Below are positions 28,719-37,067 of a DNA stretch of 64,000 nucleotides, piece by piece; the first letter of the stretch is position 1, and each line of letters starts with the position of its first letter. The position numbers and the translations under genes were made by a program. This DNA is from Myxococcales bacterium. GTDB taxonomy: Bacteria; Myxococcota_A; Polyangia; Fen-1088. The notes beneath the pieces were generated by a model. It had not been told where the DNA came from. It was given only the letters and a program-made list of their open reading frames with translations, and searched no databases. Location: NCBI GenBank assembly GCA_022184915.1, contig JAGTJU010000008.1:81232-145231 (forward strand), given 5' to 3'.

Positions 28719-29372
28719 GTGGAGTTGGCAATCGACGACAACAGTTGGCTCTCGCTCGCCGGGCCGGAGGACGACGGGGATCCGGCCGAGGGGGCCCCGG
28801 ACGCGCCCCTGCGCCGGCTCCTCGAACGCGCCCTGCGTGGGTCGTCGGATGCCAGAAACGAGCTGTTCGCGGCCGTGGCCCCGAGGGTCGTCGCCGTGGT
28901 GCGAAGCACGCTGGCGCCGGGGGGAACCTCCGACGTGGAGGACGTGGCCCAGGAAGCCTTGATCCGCCTCAACCGGGCGCTACCGAACTACCGCGGCGAG
29001 TGCTCCGTGATGTATTTCGCGACCCGCGTGGCGGTGAACACCACGACCGATTTCCTTCGGCGCAAGATCGCCCGGCGCAAGTACGAGGCGGCAGCGGCGC
29101 CCCGGCAAGACGATCTGCAGGAGATGCCGCGCCCGGGCGAGTCGCTCGCGCACCGCTCCCGCCTGCGCTTTCTCCTGGAAACGCTGTCCGAAGCCCAGGC
29201 GGAAACGCTGCTCTACGTGGCGCTTGGCCACTCGGTGCAGGAGATCGCCCAGGTCATGAGCGTTCCTACCGAAACCGTTCGTTCGCGGCTCCGTTTGGCC
29301 CGCCGGGCAGTCCGCCTGAAGATAGAATCCGATCCTGCTAGCAAAGAGCTTTTTGGGGGAGAGCATGAGTGA
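28719..29372 (+). CDS. ECF RNA polymerase sigma factor
   Basis: Region 2 DVEDVAQEALIRL and region 4 HSVQEIAQVMSVPTETVRSRLRLAR. Confidence 0.9.
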   Translation: MELAIDDNSWLSLAGPEDDGDPAEGAPDAPLRRLLERALRGSSDARNELFAAVAPRVVAVVRSTLAPGGTSDVEDVAQEALIRLNRALPNYRGECSVMYFATRVAVNTTTDFLRRKIARRKYEAAAAPRQDDLQEMPRPGESLAHRSRLRFLLETLSEAQAETLLYVALGHSVQEIAQVMSVPTETVRSRLRLARRAVRLKIESDPASKELFGGEHE

Positions 29373-30171
29373 CTCATCCGAGTTTTGGGGAGGCAAGGTC
29401 ACGCCGCTCGTGACGAGCACACGTTTCGAGCAGGCCCTGCGCAAGGATTCCCGGGTGTCGGCCGCGGACCGGGTGATGGCGGCCAAGCTGCTCGCAGGCA
29501 CCGCCTTCTTGGCAGAGGTGAGCCCGTCGCGAACGAGCCGCCGCCGGGTGCCGCTGCCGCTCACGTGGGCCGCGGCCGCCTCCGCTTGCCTCGTGGCCAC
29601 GGGCTTTGCGTCGGCCCGCATCATCGACTCGATGAACGATCTCGAGCCGGTCGAGCTGGCCCCTCCCGCCAAAGCCATCTGGCTCGCACCGCCCCCTGCC
29701 GTGCCAAGAAGGCCCGACATGGCGCTGGCCGTGCCCCCCGCCCCCGTGCCGCGTCCCATGACCATGCCCGAGGAGGACGCGCGCCCCGCCCTGGCCGCGG
29801 AACTCTTCGGCACGGCCAACCGGGCCCGGGATCAAAGGCTCACGGACCAGGCCGAGCGCCTCTACCTGCGCCTGCAAACCCGGTTTCCACGCTCGTCCGA
29901 GGCAGAGCTGTCGCTCGTCAGCCTGGGACGGTTGCGGCTGGATGCGGGGCGCCCCCTGCAGGCCCTCGCGGCCTTCGACGCCTATCTGGCCCGGGCGGCT
30001 GCGGGCCCCATGCAGCACGAAGCGCTGGCCGGTCGGGCGCTCGCGCTCGAAAAGCTCGCGCGCCCCGAGGACGAAGCCCGGGCGTGGCGCACACTGCTCG
30101 AGAGCCACCCCGAGTCTTTGTTCCAGGCCAGGGCCAAGGCGCGGTTGCGCGTGCTCGCGCCCAGCCCCTGA
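29365..30171 (+). CDS. Membrane-anchored TPR protein, probable anti-sigma factor
   Basis: Overlaps the sigma gene. One TM segment, a Pro-rich linker and C-terminal TPR-like helices (ALAAFDAYL, EALAGRALAL). Confidence 0.7.
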   Translation: MSDSSEFWGGKVTPLVTSTRFEQALRKDSRVSAADRVMAAKLLAGTAFLAEVSPSRTSRRRVPLPLTWAAAASACLVATGFASARIIDSMNDLEPVELAPPAKAIWLAPPPAVPRRPDMALAVPPAPVPRPMTMPEEDARPALAAELFGTANRARDQRLTDQAERLYLRLQTRFPRSSEAELSLVSLGRLRLDAGRPLQALAAFDAYLARAAAGPMQHEALAGRALALEKLARPEDEARAWRTLLESHPESLFQARAKARLRVLAPSP

Positions 30172-30181
30172 CGCCTCGCTC

Positions 30182-31270
30182 ATGCCGCTCGCGCTGCTCA
30201 CGTTGCTCGCCGCCGCCACGCTGGCCGCCCCCCCGGCCCCCCGCCCGAGCGCCCTGGCCTTGCTGGCCGCCGCCGACGAAGCCACGGCCGAGGCCCTGAT
30301 GACCACGCTGCAGGCGCTCACCCGGGACAGCGCCTTTAGAGTCGTCGCTCGCCTCGAGCCCTTCGCGGATGAAGACGTGCTCGCCCCCTCCCTGGCAAAG
30401 GGCTTTGCGGCCGTGGCCTGGTTCGACCTGCGGGATGCCACGACCAGCCGCCTTCACGTTCTCGACGTCGCGAACGCACGTGCCGTCACCCGAAGCTTCT
30501 TGGCCCCTGATTCTGCGACCTATCGGGTCGAACAGCTGGCCCAGGCCTTTCGCACGGTGCTCGACGCCCTCGAGGCCGGCGGCGACATCGGCGACGACGC
30601 CGACCTTGTCCGAAGGGACCTGGGCCTACCCGCCGCGCAGGCACCCCCGCCGGCTCCGGCGCCCGTGCCCAGGAGCGCCCCGGTCATCGCGACCTCAGTC
30701 TCCGCCCCGCGCCTCACGTCGGGCGGGCCCCCCAGGTGGGACGCCGAGCTGGCGGCCCACTACGGCACGGCGTGGCTTGGCACGCCCTTTCCCTTGCAAC
30801 ACGGCTTCGGCCTCGGGGCCGCCCTCTTGCGAGGCGAAGGCGCCTGGCGATGGGGTGTACGGGCCAGCGGCGCCTACACCCTGCCGCCTGCGGTGGCGCT
30901 GGCCCCCACCCTCGACGCCCGCGTCGACATCTGGTCCCTGCGCGTGGGGCCTGCCCTGGCACGACGCTTTTCCGGGTGGCGGGCGGAGCTGGGTGTGGAT
31001 CTGGGCGCCGACCTCGTGCGGGCGTCGGCCAGGCTCTCACCCGGCTCCCCCTACACGGCCCGCGATGCGCGCTTTGGCCCCTCGTTTCTGCTGCGGCCCC
31101 GCCTGCGGGCCACCTGGGCGGTCTTTCGGGACCTGAACGTCTTTGCAGAGGCGGGGCTCGGGCTCGAGCTGTCCGACCTTGCGCTGGCGCTCCGCGAGGA
31201 CGGTGCCCAGCGCACCGTAGTGGATGCCGCCACCGTCCGGCCCGAGTTCAGCGTGGGCTTTGCGTTGTGA
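30182..31270 (+). CDS. Exported protein with C-terminal beta-barrel-like region
   Basis: Signal peptide and a Pro-rich linker followed by amphipathic beta-strands. Start moved to ATG 30182. Confidence 0.6.
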   Translation: MPLALLTLLAAATLAAPPAPRPSALALLAAADEATAEALMTTLQALTRDSAFRVVARLEPFADEDVLAPSLAKGFAAVAWFDLRDATTSRLHVLDVANARAVTRSFLAPDSATYRVEQLAQAFRTVLDALEAGGDIGDDADLVRRDLGLPAAQAPPPAPAPVPRSAPVIATSVSAPRLTSGGPPRWDAELAAHYGTAWLGTPFPLQHGFGLGAALLRGEGAWRWGVRASGAYTLPPAVALAPTLDARVDIWSLRVGPALARRFSGWRAELGVDLGADLVRASARLSPGSPYTARDARFGPSFLLRPRLRATWAVFRDLNVFAEAGLGLELSDLALALREDGAQRTVVDAATVRPEFSVGFAL

Positions 31271-32084
31271 CGACGGCCTGGCGTCGAAACACGCGCCGCT
31301 GGCTCGACAACAGGATCTCGTCGAGGCGCACGGAGGCCGCGAAGTCAGAGGGCGCGTCCGCGAGCCCATCCATGGAACCATCGTTGTTGGCGCCGAACAC
31401 CCAGGGATTGGCGTTGCCCTCGAGCCCATCGTTCGTGTCCGCGCCGCACGGTGCGGTGGGCACGAAGATCGCCTCGTTGCGGCTGTTCTCTTCGATACCG
31501 TTGATGTAGAGCTCGAGCGGGCCGCTTCCAAAGTTGATGCCCACGTGCGTCCAGGTCTCGGTGGGCATCACCCGGGCGGTGCACCGCGATCCCGCGGCGT
31601 TGGCGCCTTGCAGGCGCACGGAGAGATACCCGGGCCCCGTCCAGTACACGGTGAAGTGCCCCTTCGTCCTCTCCAGCGTGGCGTCGCGGGACAAGATCCC
31701 CACCCGGAACACGGGCCCCGGGGGAGGCGGCAGCCACACCCAGAACGAAAGTGAGCCGCTCGGCAACGCGAAGGCGGACGAGGGCGCCACCACGAGGTAA
31801 CCGCGGGGATCGCCCTGGGGAAAGACCACCGCCTGCCCGCACCCCTCGGGGCCCTCCACCCGCGCGGCGTTACCGGTGACTTGCGCGGGGTGTGCTCCGG
31901 TTTCGTCCGCAAAGCCCTCGGCACCCGGGGCCTCATCGAAGCTGTAGCGCGCGACCACGTCGTCCACGGGGCCAGGATCGCAACGGAGCGGCAGCGCCCC
32001 CCCCCGCTCGGCGACCAGGCGCGTGTCCTCACAGCCAAGGAGCAACGAACCGAGGATTGACCAAGTCGCCAGGCGAGGGACCAT
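31248..32084 (-). CDS. LamG-domain lipoprotein
   Basis: Lipobox LLGC, VARYSFDE, SLSFWV, WTHVGINFG and LDEILLS. Confidence 0.75.
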   Translation of the reverse strand: MVPRLATWSILGSLLLGCEDTRLVAERGGALPLRCDPGPVDDVVARYSFDEAPGAEGFADETGAHPAQVTGNAARVEGPEGCGQAVVFPQGDPRGYLVVAPSSAFALPSGSLSFWVWLPPPPGPVFRVGILSRDATLERTKGHFTVYWTGPGYLSVRLQGANAAGSRCTARVMPTETWTHVGINFGSGPLELYINGIEENSRNEAIFVPTAPCGADTNDGLEGNANPWVFGANNDGSMDGLADAPSDFAASVRLDEILLSSQRRVFRRQAVVTTQSPR

Positions 32085-32146
32085 GCCCCGGGGACTTTAC
32101 TCTCCGCACGCCTCGGGCGTCGACCACGGGACCCCGCGGCCCTCGT

Positions 32147-34126
32147 CTACCGCTCGAGGGTCGGCAGCTCGATGAGGGGGATCTCCTCGCGCTTGCGCGG
32201 CACGATCTCGAGCTCGACCAGCGGCCCGAAGAGGGGCGCCTCGAGCGGGATGAAGGCTGGGGGGGTCGTCCACACCGCAAGGTCCGCCGCCCGGGCCAAA
32301 GGCACCACGTCGCGATCGGCGATGTCGGCCGCCGGCCAACGCAGGCGCGTGTTGGCCTGTTGTGCTGCAAGCAGGGCCAAAAAGGTGATCGGGTTATAGG
32401 AGTACACCACCTGATCCGCGGGCAGGTCGGCGTGCTCCGAGAGCGCGGCGTTCCAGAAAACGTAGGGCCTGATGGCTTCGTCGAAGACGTGCCGCTTGTC
32501 GGCCTCGGAAAGGCCTTCGAGTTCGGGTGACGCCAAGAACGCGGCGGGGCCGAGCTTGTCCCCCCACTCGTGCGCGTGGTGCAGCACCATGCGGCGCAGC
32601 GCCTGCCGAGCGTCCAGGTTGTCGCTGCGGAAGAAGTTCGCCAGCGCCGCCGGGTCGAGCCGCTTGGCCCCGGTCCGCGTGAGCAAGTCGAGCACCATGC
32701 CCCGCCGCACCCAAGGTCCGTCCTGCACGGCGTCCACGTGCTTGAGGAAGCGTCCCGTATCGACCGGCAACCGCTCGGCGCTGAAGATGTCGAACCGGGT
32801 TTCGGGACCCACCTCGGAGCCCCGCTTGACGAAGCCCACCGTCCCCACGATCTCGCCCGACTCCACCGGCTCTTCGAGCAGCGCCACGTTGCCCAGCTTC
32901 AGGGTCGACAGCGCCCGCCGGTTGCGCTCCCGAACCAGCGTCTCGAGCCAGGGCACGCCCGAACGCTCAGGATCTTCCATCAATCCAGGCTCGAGATGCG
33001 CCAGCAATGAAAAAAACGTCATCGGGCCACGCGGCATCTGCAGCTCGTGCTTGATGAGCACGAAGGACGTGGACGAGCGCCCGTGCCGCCCAAAGCGCGC
33101 CGCCACGATCGTGCCCCGCACGGGCGCGCGCACCGGCGTTCCAGGCAGCCCCCGCAGGTTCACGCCTGCGCGCACGAGCCCGCCCGGGCTGAGCGGAAAG
33201 TGGCCGCTGCTTCGCTCCTCGACGCTCTCGAAGGCCACCCGTGCCGTGCGGTTGATGGTGGGCTCATCGTCGAACGGAAAGCGCGTGTAGCCACCCAGCT
33301 GTTGCGGCAAATAATAGCCGTTCAGCGCCGAGAGCAACTTCTTCCAATCGAACGCGCCCGGGTCCCATTTGTGCCCCTCCGCGTCCACGTGAAGGTGGCC
33401 CACGATGCCCGCAAACGCGTTCGGGTCCGGTAGCGTGTCGAGCAAGGGCTGACCGTCTTCGCCCACGGGAATCACGGGCCCAATCTGCGGAAAGATCCGC
33501 ACCATCGCCCGCGCCAGCGCGATCACCGAGCGGTACTGCTCCGGGCGAAAGTCGAAGGCTTTGTAGTGCCGTCCGTTGATGAGCACATCCTTCACGGGGC
33601 GGGTGCGGTAGTCGGGCGGCAGCTTCGCAAGCTCGTCGCGGCTCGCATCGGCGCGGTTGCAGATCTCGACCCCCACCGAGATCGGGTTCGCCTGTTCGGC
33701 GTGGTACGCCCGCTCGAGCAGGTCGAGCGTTTGGTAGATGGTGCCGTCTGCGTCCACCATGAAGTGCGCCGACAGCCCGCAGCCTCCGTCGTGCCGGGGC
33801 AGGTCATGCATGCTGTGGAAGCACGAGCGCGAGTTCACGCACCCGTCGTGATGAAGCACGAATTGCTTGACCACCCCCTGAAGAGCCTCGAGTGAGCGCG
33901 TCTTCAAGCCTGAACGTGTGCCGAAGCGCTTGAAGCGGCCCTGACAGCAGGGGCTCGACGCCTTGGCCTTGTCCTCGAGGCAGGTCTCGGCGTAGCCGTC
34001 GAAGCCCCGCTCGGTGTCGTCCCACAAAACCACGGGGCGACCCACGTCGAACTTCTGCCCGGCCACCACGATTTCGGTGTTGGTGCCGGCCAGGGCGGCC
34101 AGGGTGACGAGCGCTGCGAACCCCAT
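32147..34126 (-). CDS. N-acetylmuramoyl-L-alanine amidase fused to a degenerate M23-like domain
   Basis: Amidase_2 motifs (VLHHD, SAHFMVDADG, AYHA, GVEICN, GHLHV, KWDPG) followed by GTPVRAPVRGTIVAAR..YSYNPITFL. Start ATG 34126 inferred (the track gives 34207). Confidence 0.8.
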   Translation of the reverse strand: MGFAALVTLAALAGTNTEIVVAGQKFDVGRPVVLWDDTERGFDGYAETCLEDKAKASSPCCQGRFKRFGTRSGLKTRSLEALQGVVKQFVLHHDGCVNSRSCFHSMHDLPRHDGGCGLSAHFMVDADGTIYQTLDLLERAYHAEQANPISVGVEICNRADASRDELAKLPPDYRTRPVKDVLINGRHYKAFDFRPEQYRSVIALARAMVRIFPQIGPVIPVGEDGQPLLDTLPDPNAFAGIVGHLHVDAEGHKWDPGAFDWKKLLSALNGYYLPQQLGGYTRFPFDDEPTINRTARVAFESVEERSSGHFPLSPGGLVRAGVNLRGLPGTPVRAPVRGTIVAARFGRHGRSSTSFVLIKHELQMPRGPMTFFSLLAHLEPGLMEDPERSGVPWLETLVRERNRRALSTLKLGNVALLEEPVESGEIVGTVGFVKRGSEVGPETRFDIFSAERLPVDTGRFLKHVDAVQDGPWVRRGMVLDLLTRTGAKRLDPAALANFFRSDNLDARQALRRMVLHHAHEWGDKLGPAAFLASPELEGLSEADKRHVFDEAIRPYVFWNAALSEHADLPADQVVYSYNPITFLALLAAQQANTRLRWPAADIADRDVVPLARAADLAVWTTPPAFIPLEAPLFGPLVELEIVPRKREEIPLIELPTLER

Positions 34127-34469
34127 GTGTGCGGCAGGTTGCCCCAGCCAGGCCCACGCGGCAACGGAGGCGCGCGCGAAGGCAACGCAAAGGCCGGGGT
34201 CGCCCAAACGGCCGCCCGCGTGCCTTCACCGTTGACAGACCCGCACGTTTCTCATCGCATGGTCGCTTTGGCGCGCAGACGGACGCCGTCCGACCCGCCC
34301 CCTTCGATCGAGGAGACTGGCCATGGCGCGGTGGACAGGGCAACAAAACCTCTCCGCTGCGGCTCGCCTCCGCCTATCAGGCGGGCCGGCGCCGAACTTC
34401 CCGGCCACCATTTGACCGTCTGGGAGGGCGCACATAACATCTGCCCCACCTACAACCTTCCGCTCGTCC

Positions 34470-35174
34470 ATGCTCGACCGCTTCAAAGGCCTTTTCGGGG
34501 GAACCCCCGCTCCCTCGCGCGCGGGGGCGCGGCATCTGAGCCGCGTGGCCGGCGAGGAGGGGCGACAGGCCTGGAAAGAGCGCAAAGGGGGGAGGGCCGA
34601 AAAATGGACATCGAAACGCAAACCGGGCCCCCGGCCGCCCGCCGCGGATGACGAGCCCGTCGAGGAGACCTGCAAAACCTGCGGTGAGCCCCTGCTCGTG
34701 GAGTGGGGCGGGGTCTGCCCGAACTGCAAGCCCAAGATCGCGAGCCCCAAGACCTTGTTCGCGGCAAGGTCGGACCTTTTCGGCGCCACGGCCGTTAGTT
34801 TGGGCTGGCTCGTGGTGCTGCGCTCCCCGGACGCTCCCCAGCAGGGCACCCTGCTCGAGCTCGAGCAAGCGCAAAACATCCTCACGCGCGCCGGCGCCCC
34901 AGCGCTGCCCGGCGCCCGGCTCTACGCCTTCAACGACGAGTACATGTCCGTGGGCAACGCAACCATTCGCCGCCCCTTCGGAGGCGATCGGGACGCTGCT
35001 TTCACGCTCGAAGACCGGCGCACCCCGGGTCCTTCGGCCAACGGTACGTGGCACAACGCCCGGCGCCTCGGCCCCTCCGAGGTCGTCATGCTGGGCGACG
35101 GGGACATCGTCCGGGTCGGCACCACCGAGTTCCTGTTCAAGTCACTATGGCTGCCCCCGGGATCTGCTTCGTGA
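34470..35174 (+). CDS. Zn-ribbon (CxxC..CxxC) + FHA-like protein
   Basis: CKTCG..CPNC, then GWLVVL..SANGTWHN..LGDGDIVRVGTTEFLF. Confidence 0.75.
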   Translation: MLDRFKGLFGGTPAPSRAGARHLSRVAGEEGRQAWKERKGGRAEKWTSKRKPGPRPPAADDEPVEETCKTCGEPLLVEWGGVCPNCKPKIASPKTLFAARSDLFGATAVSLGWLVVLRSPDAPQQGTLLELEQAQNILTRAGAPALPGARLYAFNDEYMSVGNATIRRPFGGDRDAAFTLEDRRTPGPSANGTWHNARRLGPSEVVMLGDGDIVRVGTTEFLFKSLWLPPGSAS

Positions 35175-37054
35175 GCGCCACCGCTCATCGTCCGGGGCGC
35201 CCGTCCCGCGCCTGTCGCGCGGCGGCGTTCGTGGCCTCGTTCCTCGTTTTTGGGGCAGGGGCCGGCGGGTTTTCTCCGTGCCGCGCGGCAGACGTCACGC
35301 TCTTCTCCACCCCCCCGCAGCTGGCCGGCGACGACACGGTCGAGTTGGTCGTGGGTGCGCGCCTTTTGGGTATCGAACGCGTCAAGCTCGAAGACCTCCA
35401 GGTGCGCTTCGACAAAAAGCGCGGCAAGGTGCGGGGCAGCCAGCCCTACCTCGACTACGCGGCCGACAAGTCCCGGGGCGCCGAGTCGTGGCGCCCGCCC
35501 CTCACCGTGGGCTTCGTCTACCTGTGGACCGACGGCACCCCGCCCGAGATGGTGGACGGCGTTCACCGGCTCTTCAAACGCCTGCCACCCGAGACCGTGG
35601 TCCTGCCCACGCCCTTCGGGCAGAGCTACTTTCCCGTGGTCAACCCGGCCTCCGCGGCACGCGTGGCGGGGGGCGGCCTCGACGACCAGCCCTTCATCGA
35701 CGGCGACGCCATCACGTTCCTGCAGGCAACGCGAGCCAACGTCCACGAGGTGGCCAAGGACGATGCCCCGCTCAAGGCCCTCGTGATCATCGCCGACGGC
35801 CGCGACTACGGGGCGGGCAGCGACCCAGGCCCCTTTGCCTCCCTGGGCAAAGAGCTGCGTGAGGCGGGCTACGTGACGCAGGTCGTGGGCCTGCCCACCG
35901 ACGACGACACCGCCCGGGCCAACCTGCGGGCTTTAGCGCACGCCGCGGGCGCACGGCTTCTGCCCGCAAGACAAGCGTCCGAGCTGCCCGCCCTCATCGA
36001 GGCCGCGGGCACCTTGTTTTTCGACCTGCGGGTGATGCGCGCCGAGCTTCCCCTGTCCGTGCGGCTCTTCGGCGGCGACGTGACCGTGGCGCTCGAGGCC
36101 ACAGCGGACGGCAAAGAGATCAGCGCCGCCGCAGGCCTCGTCGAGGTGCCCGCCTCCGGCGGCTGGCTGCTGCTCGTGGCGGGCGGCGTGCTGATCCTGG
36201 GCGGAGCCGTGGGCGTGGCCGTGATGGTGGCCAAACGCCGGCCGGGTGGCGGGGCAAGCCCCGAGGACGACATGGACGGCTTCCTCGATGCCGTTCAGGA
36301 GCTGGTTCGCCGGCGGGTGGCCCCCGAGCGCGCGGCCGTGGAGCTGTCGCGCTGGTACCCCGAGCTGGTCGCAGAGCTGCCCAACATCGACGTGGACGCG
36401 CTCGATCCCGGCGACTACCGGCTGCTCAAGAGCCGCGCCGGGCAGGCCCGGCTCCAGGAGTACGCCAAGGCCGTCGGCAACACGGACGAGGACACGGGCA
36501 GCTCCGGTCAGGACGTTGTGGCGCTGATGTCCGGCGCCCTCGCGCAGGGCATGTCCGCTCCCGACACGGCCCGCCAGCTTCGCGCCCGCGTGCCCGATCG
36601 CACCTGGGCGGCGTTCGCCCGGGCGCGCTTCGACGAGGTCACCTCGATGCTGAAGACCGCGGCAGCGTCACAGCCGGCCCTCGCCAGCCCGCGCGCCCGC
36701 GCCTTCGTGCTCGCGGTGCAGGACGCTTTGCGGGATCGCGAAGGCGCCGAGGTGGTGGTCGGCTGGCTCGTCCGCGCGGCAGGCCCTGGCAAGCGCGGTG
36801 AGACGCTGCGCCTCGCCCGCAACCGGACCGTGATCGGGCAGGCGCCCGGCTGTCAGCTTCGTCTGGAAGACAAGCTCATGGCGGGTGAACACCTCGCGAT
36901 CACCGAGGCAGGCGGTGGCTACTCGGTGGCCCCACTTTCCGGGCTCGTGAAGGTCGAGGGCAAAACACTGATGGCCCAGCGGCCCTTGCTCGACGGCGAA
37001 ACGCTCGAGTTCGGCCAGGGGCAGTACGTGTTCAAGGCCGTCGTCGACGGCTAA
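35171..37054 (+). CDS. Membrane protein: exported vWA-like domain, TM helix and cytoplasmic FHA-like domain
   Basis: Signal region, ALVIIADGRD, one TM segment at about two-thirds length, and C-terminal GWLV..LLDGETLEFG. GTGA overlap with the upstream gene. Confidence 0.65.
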   Translation: MSATAHRPGRPSRACRAAAFVASFLVFGAGAGGFSPCRAADVTLFSTPPQLAGDDTVELVVGARLLGIERVKLEDLQVRFDKKRGKVRGSQPYLDYAADKSRGAESWRPPLTVGFVYLWTDGTPPEMVDGVHRLFKRLPPETVVLPTPFGQSYFPVVNPASAARVAGGGLDDQPFIDGDAITFLQATRANVHEVAKDDAPLKALVIIADGRDYGAGSDPGPFASLGKELREAGYVTQVVGLPTDDDTARANLRALAHAAGARLLPARQASELPALIEAAGTLFFDLRVMRAELPLSVRLFGGDVTVALEATADGKEISAAAGLVEVPASGGWLLLVAGGVLILGGAVGVAVMVAKRRPGGGASPEDDMDGFLDAVQELVRRRVAPERAAVELSRWYPELVAELPNIDVDALDPGDYRLLKSRAGQARLQEYAKAVGNTDEDTGSSGQDVVALMSGALAQGMSAPDTARQLRARVPDRTWAAFARARFDEVTSMLKTAAASQPALASPRARAFVLAVQDALRDREGAEVVVGWLVRAAGPGKRGETLRLARNRTVIGQAPGCQLRLEDKLMAGEHLAITEAGGGYSVAPLSGLVKVEGKTLMAQRPLLDGETLEFGQGQYVFKAVVDG

Positions 37055-37067
37055 ACCCAAGAGTCCC

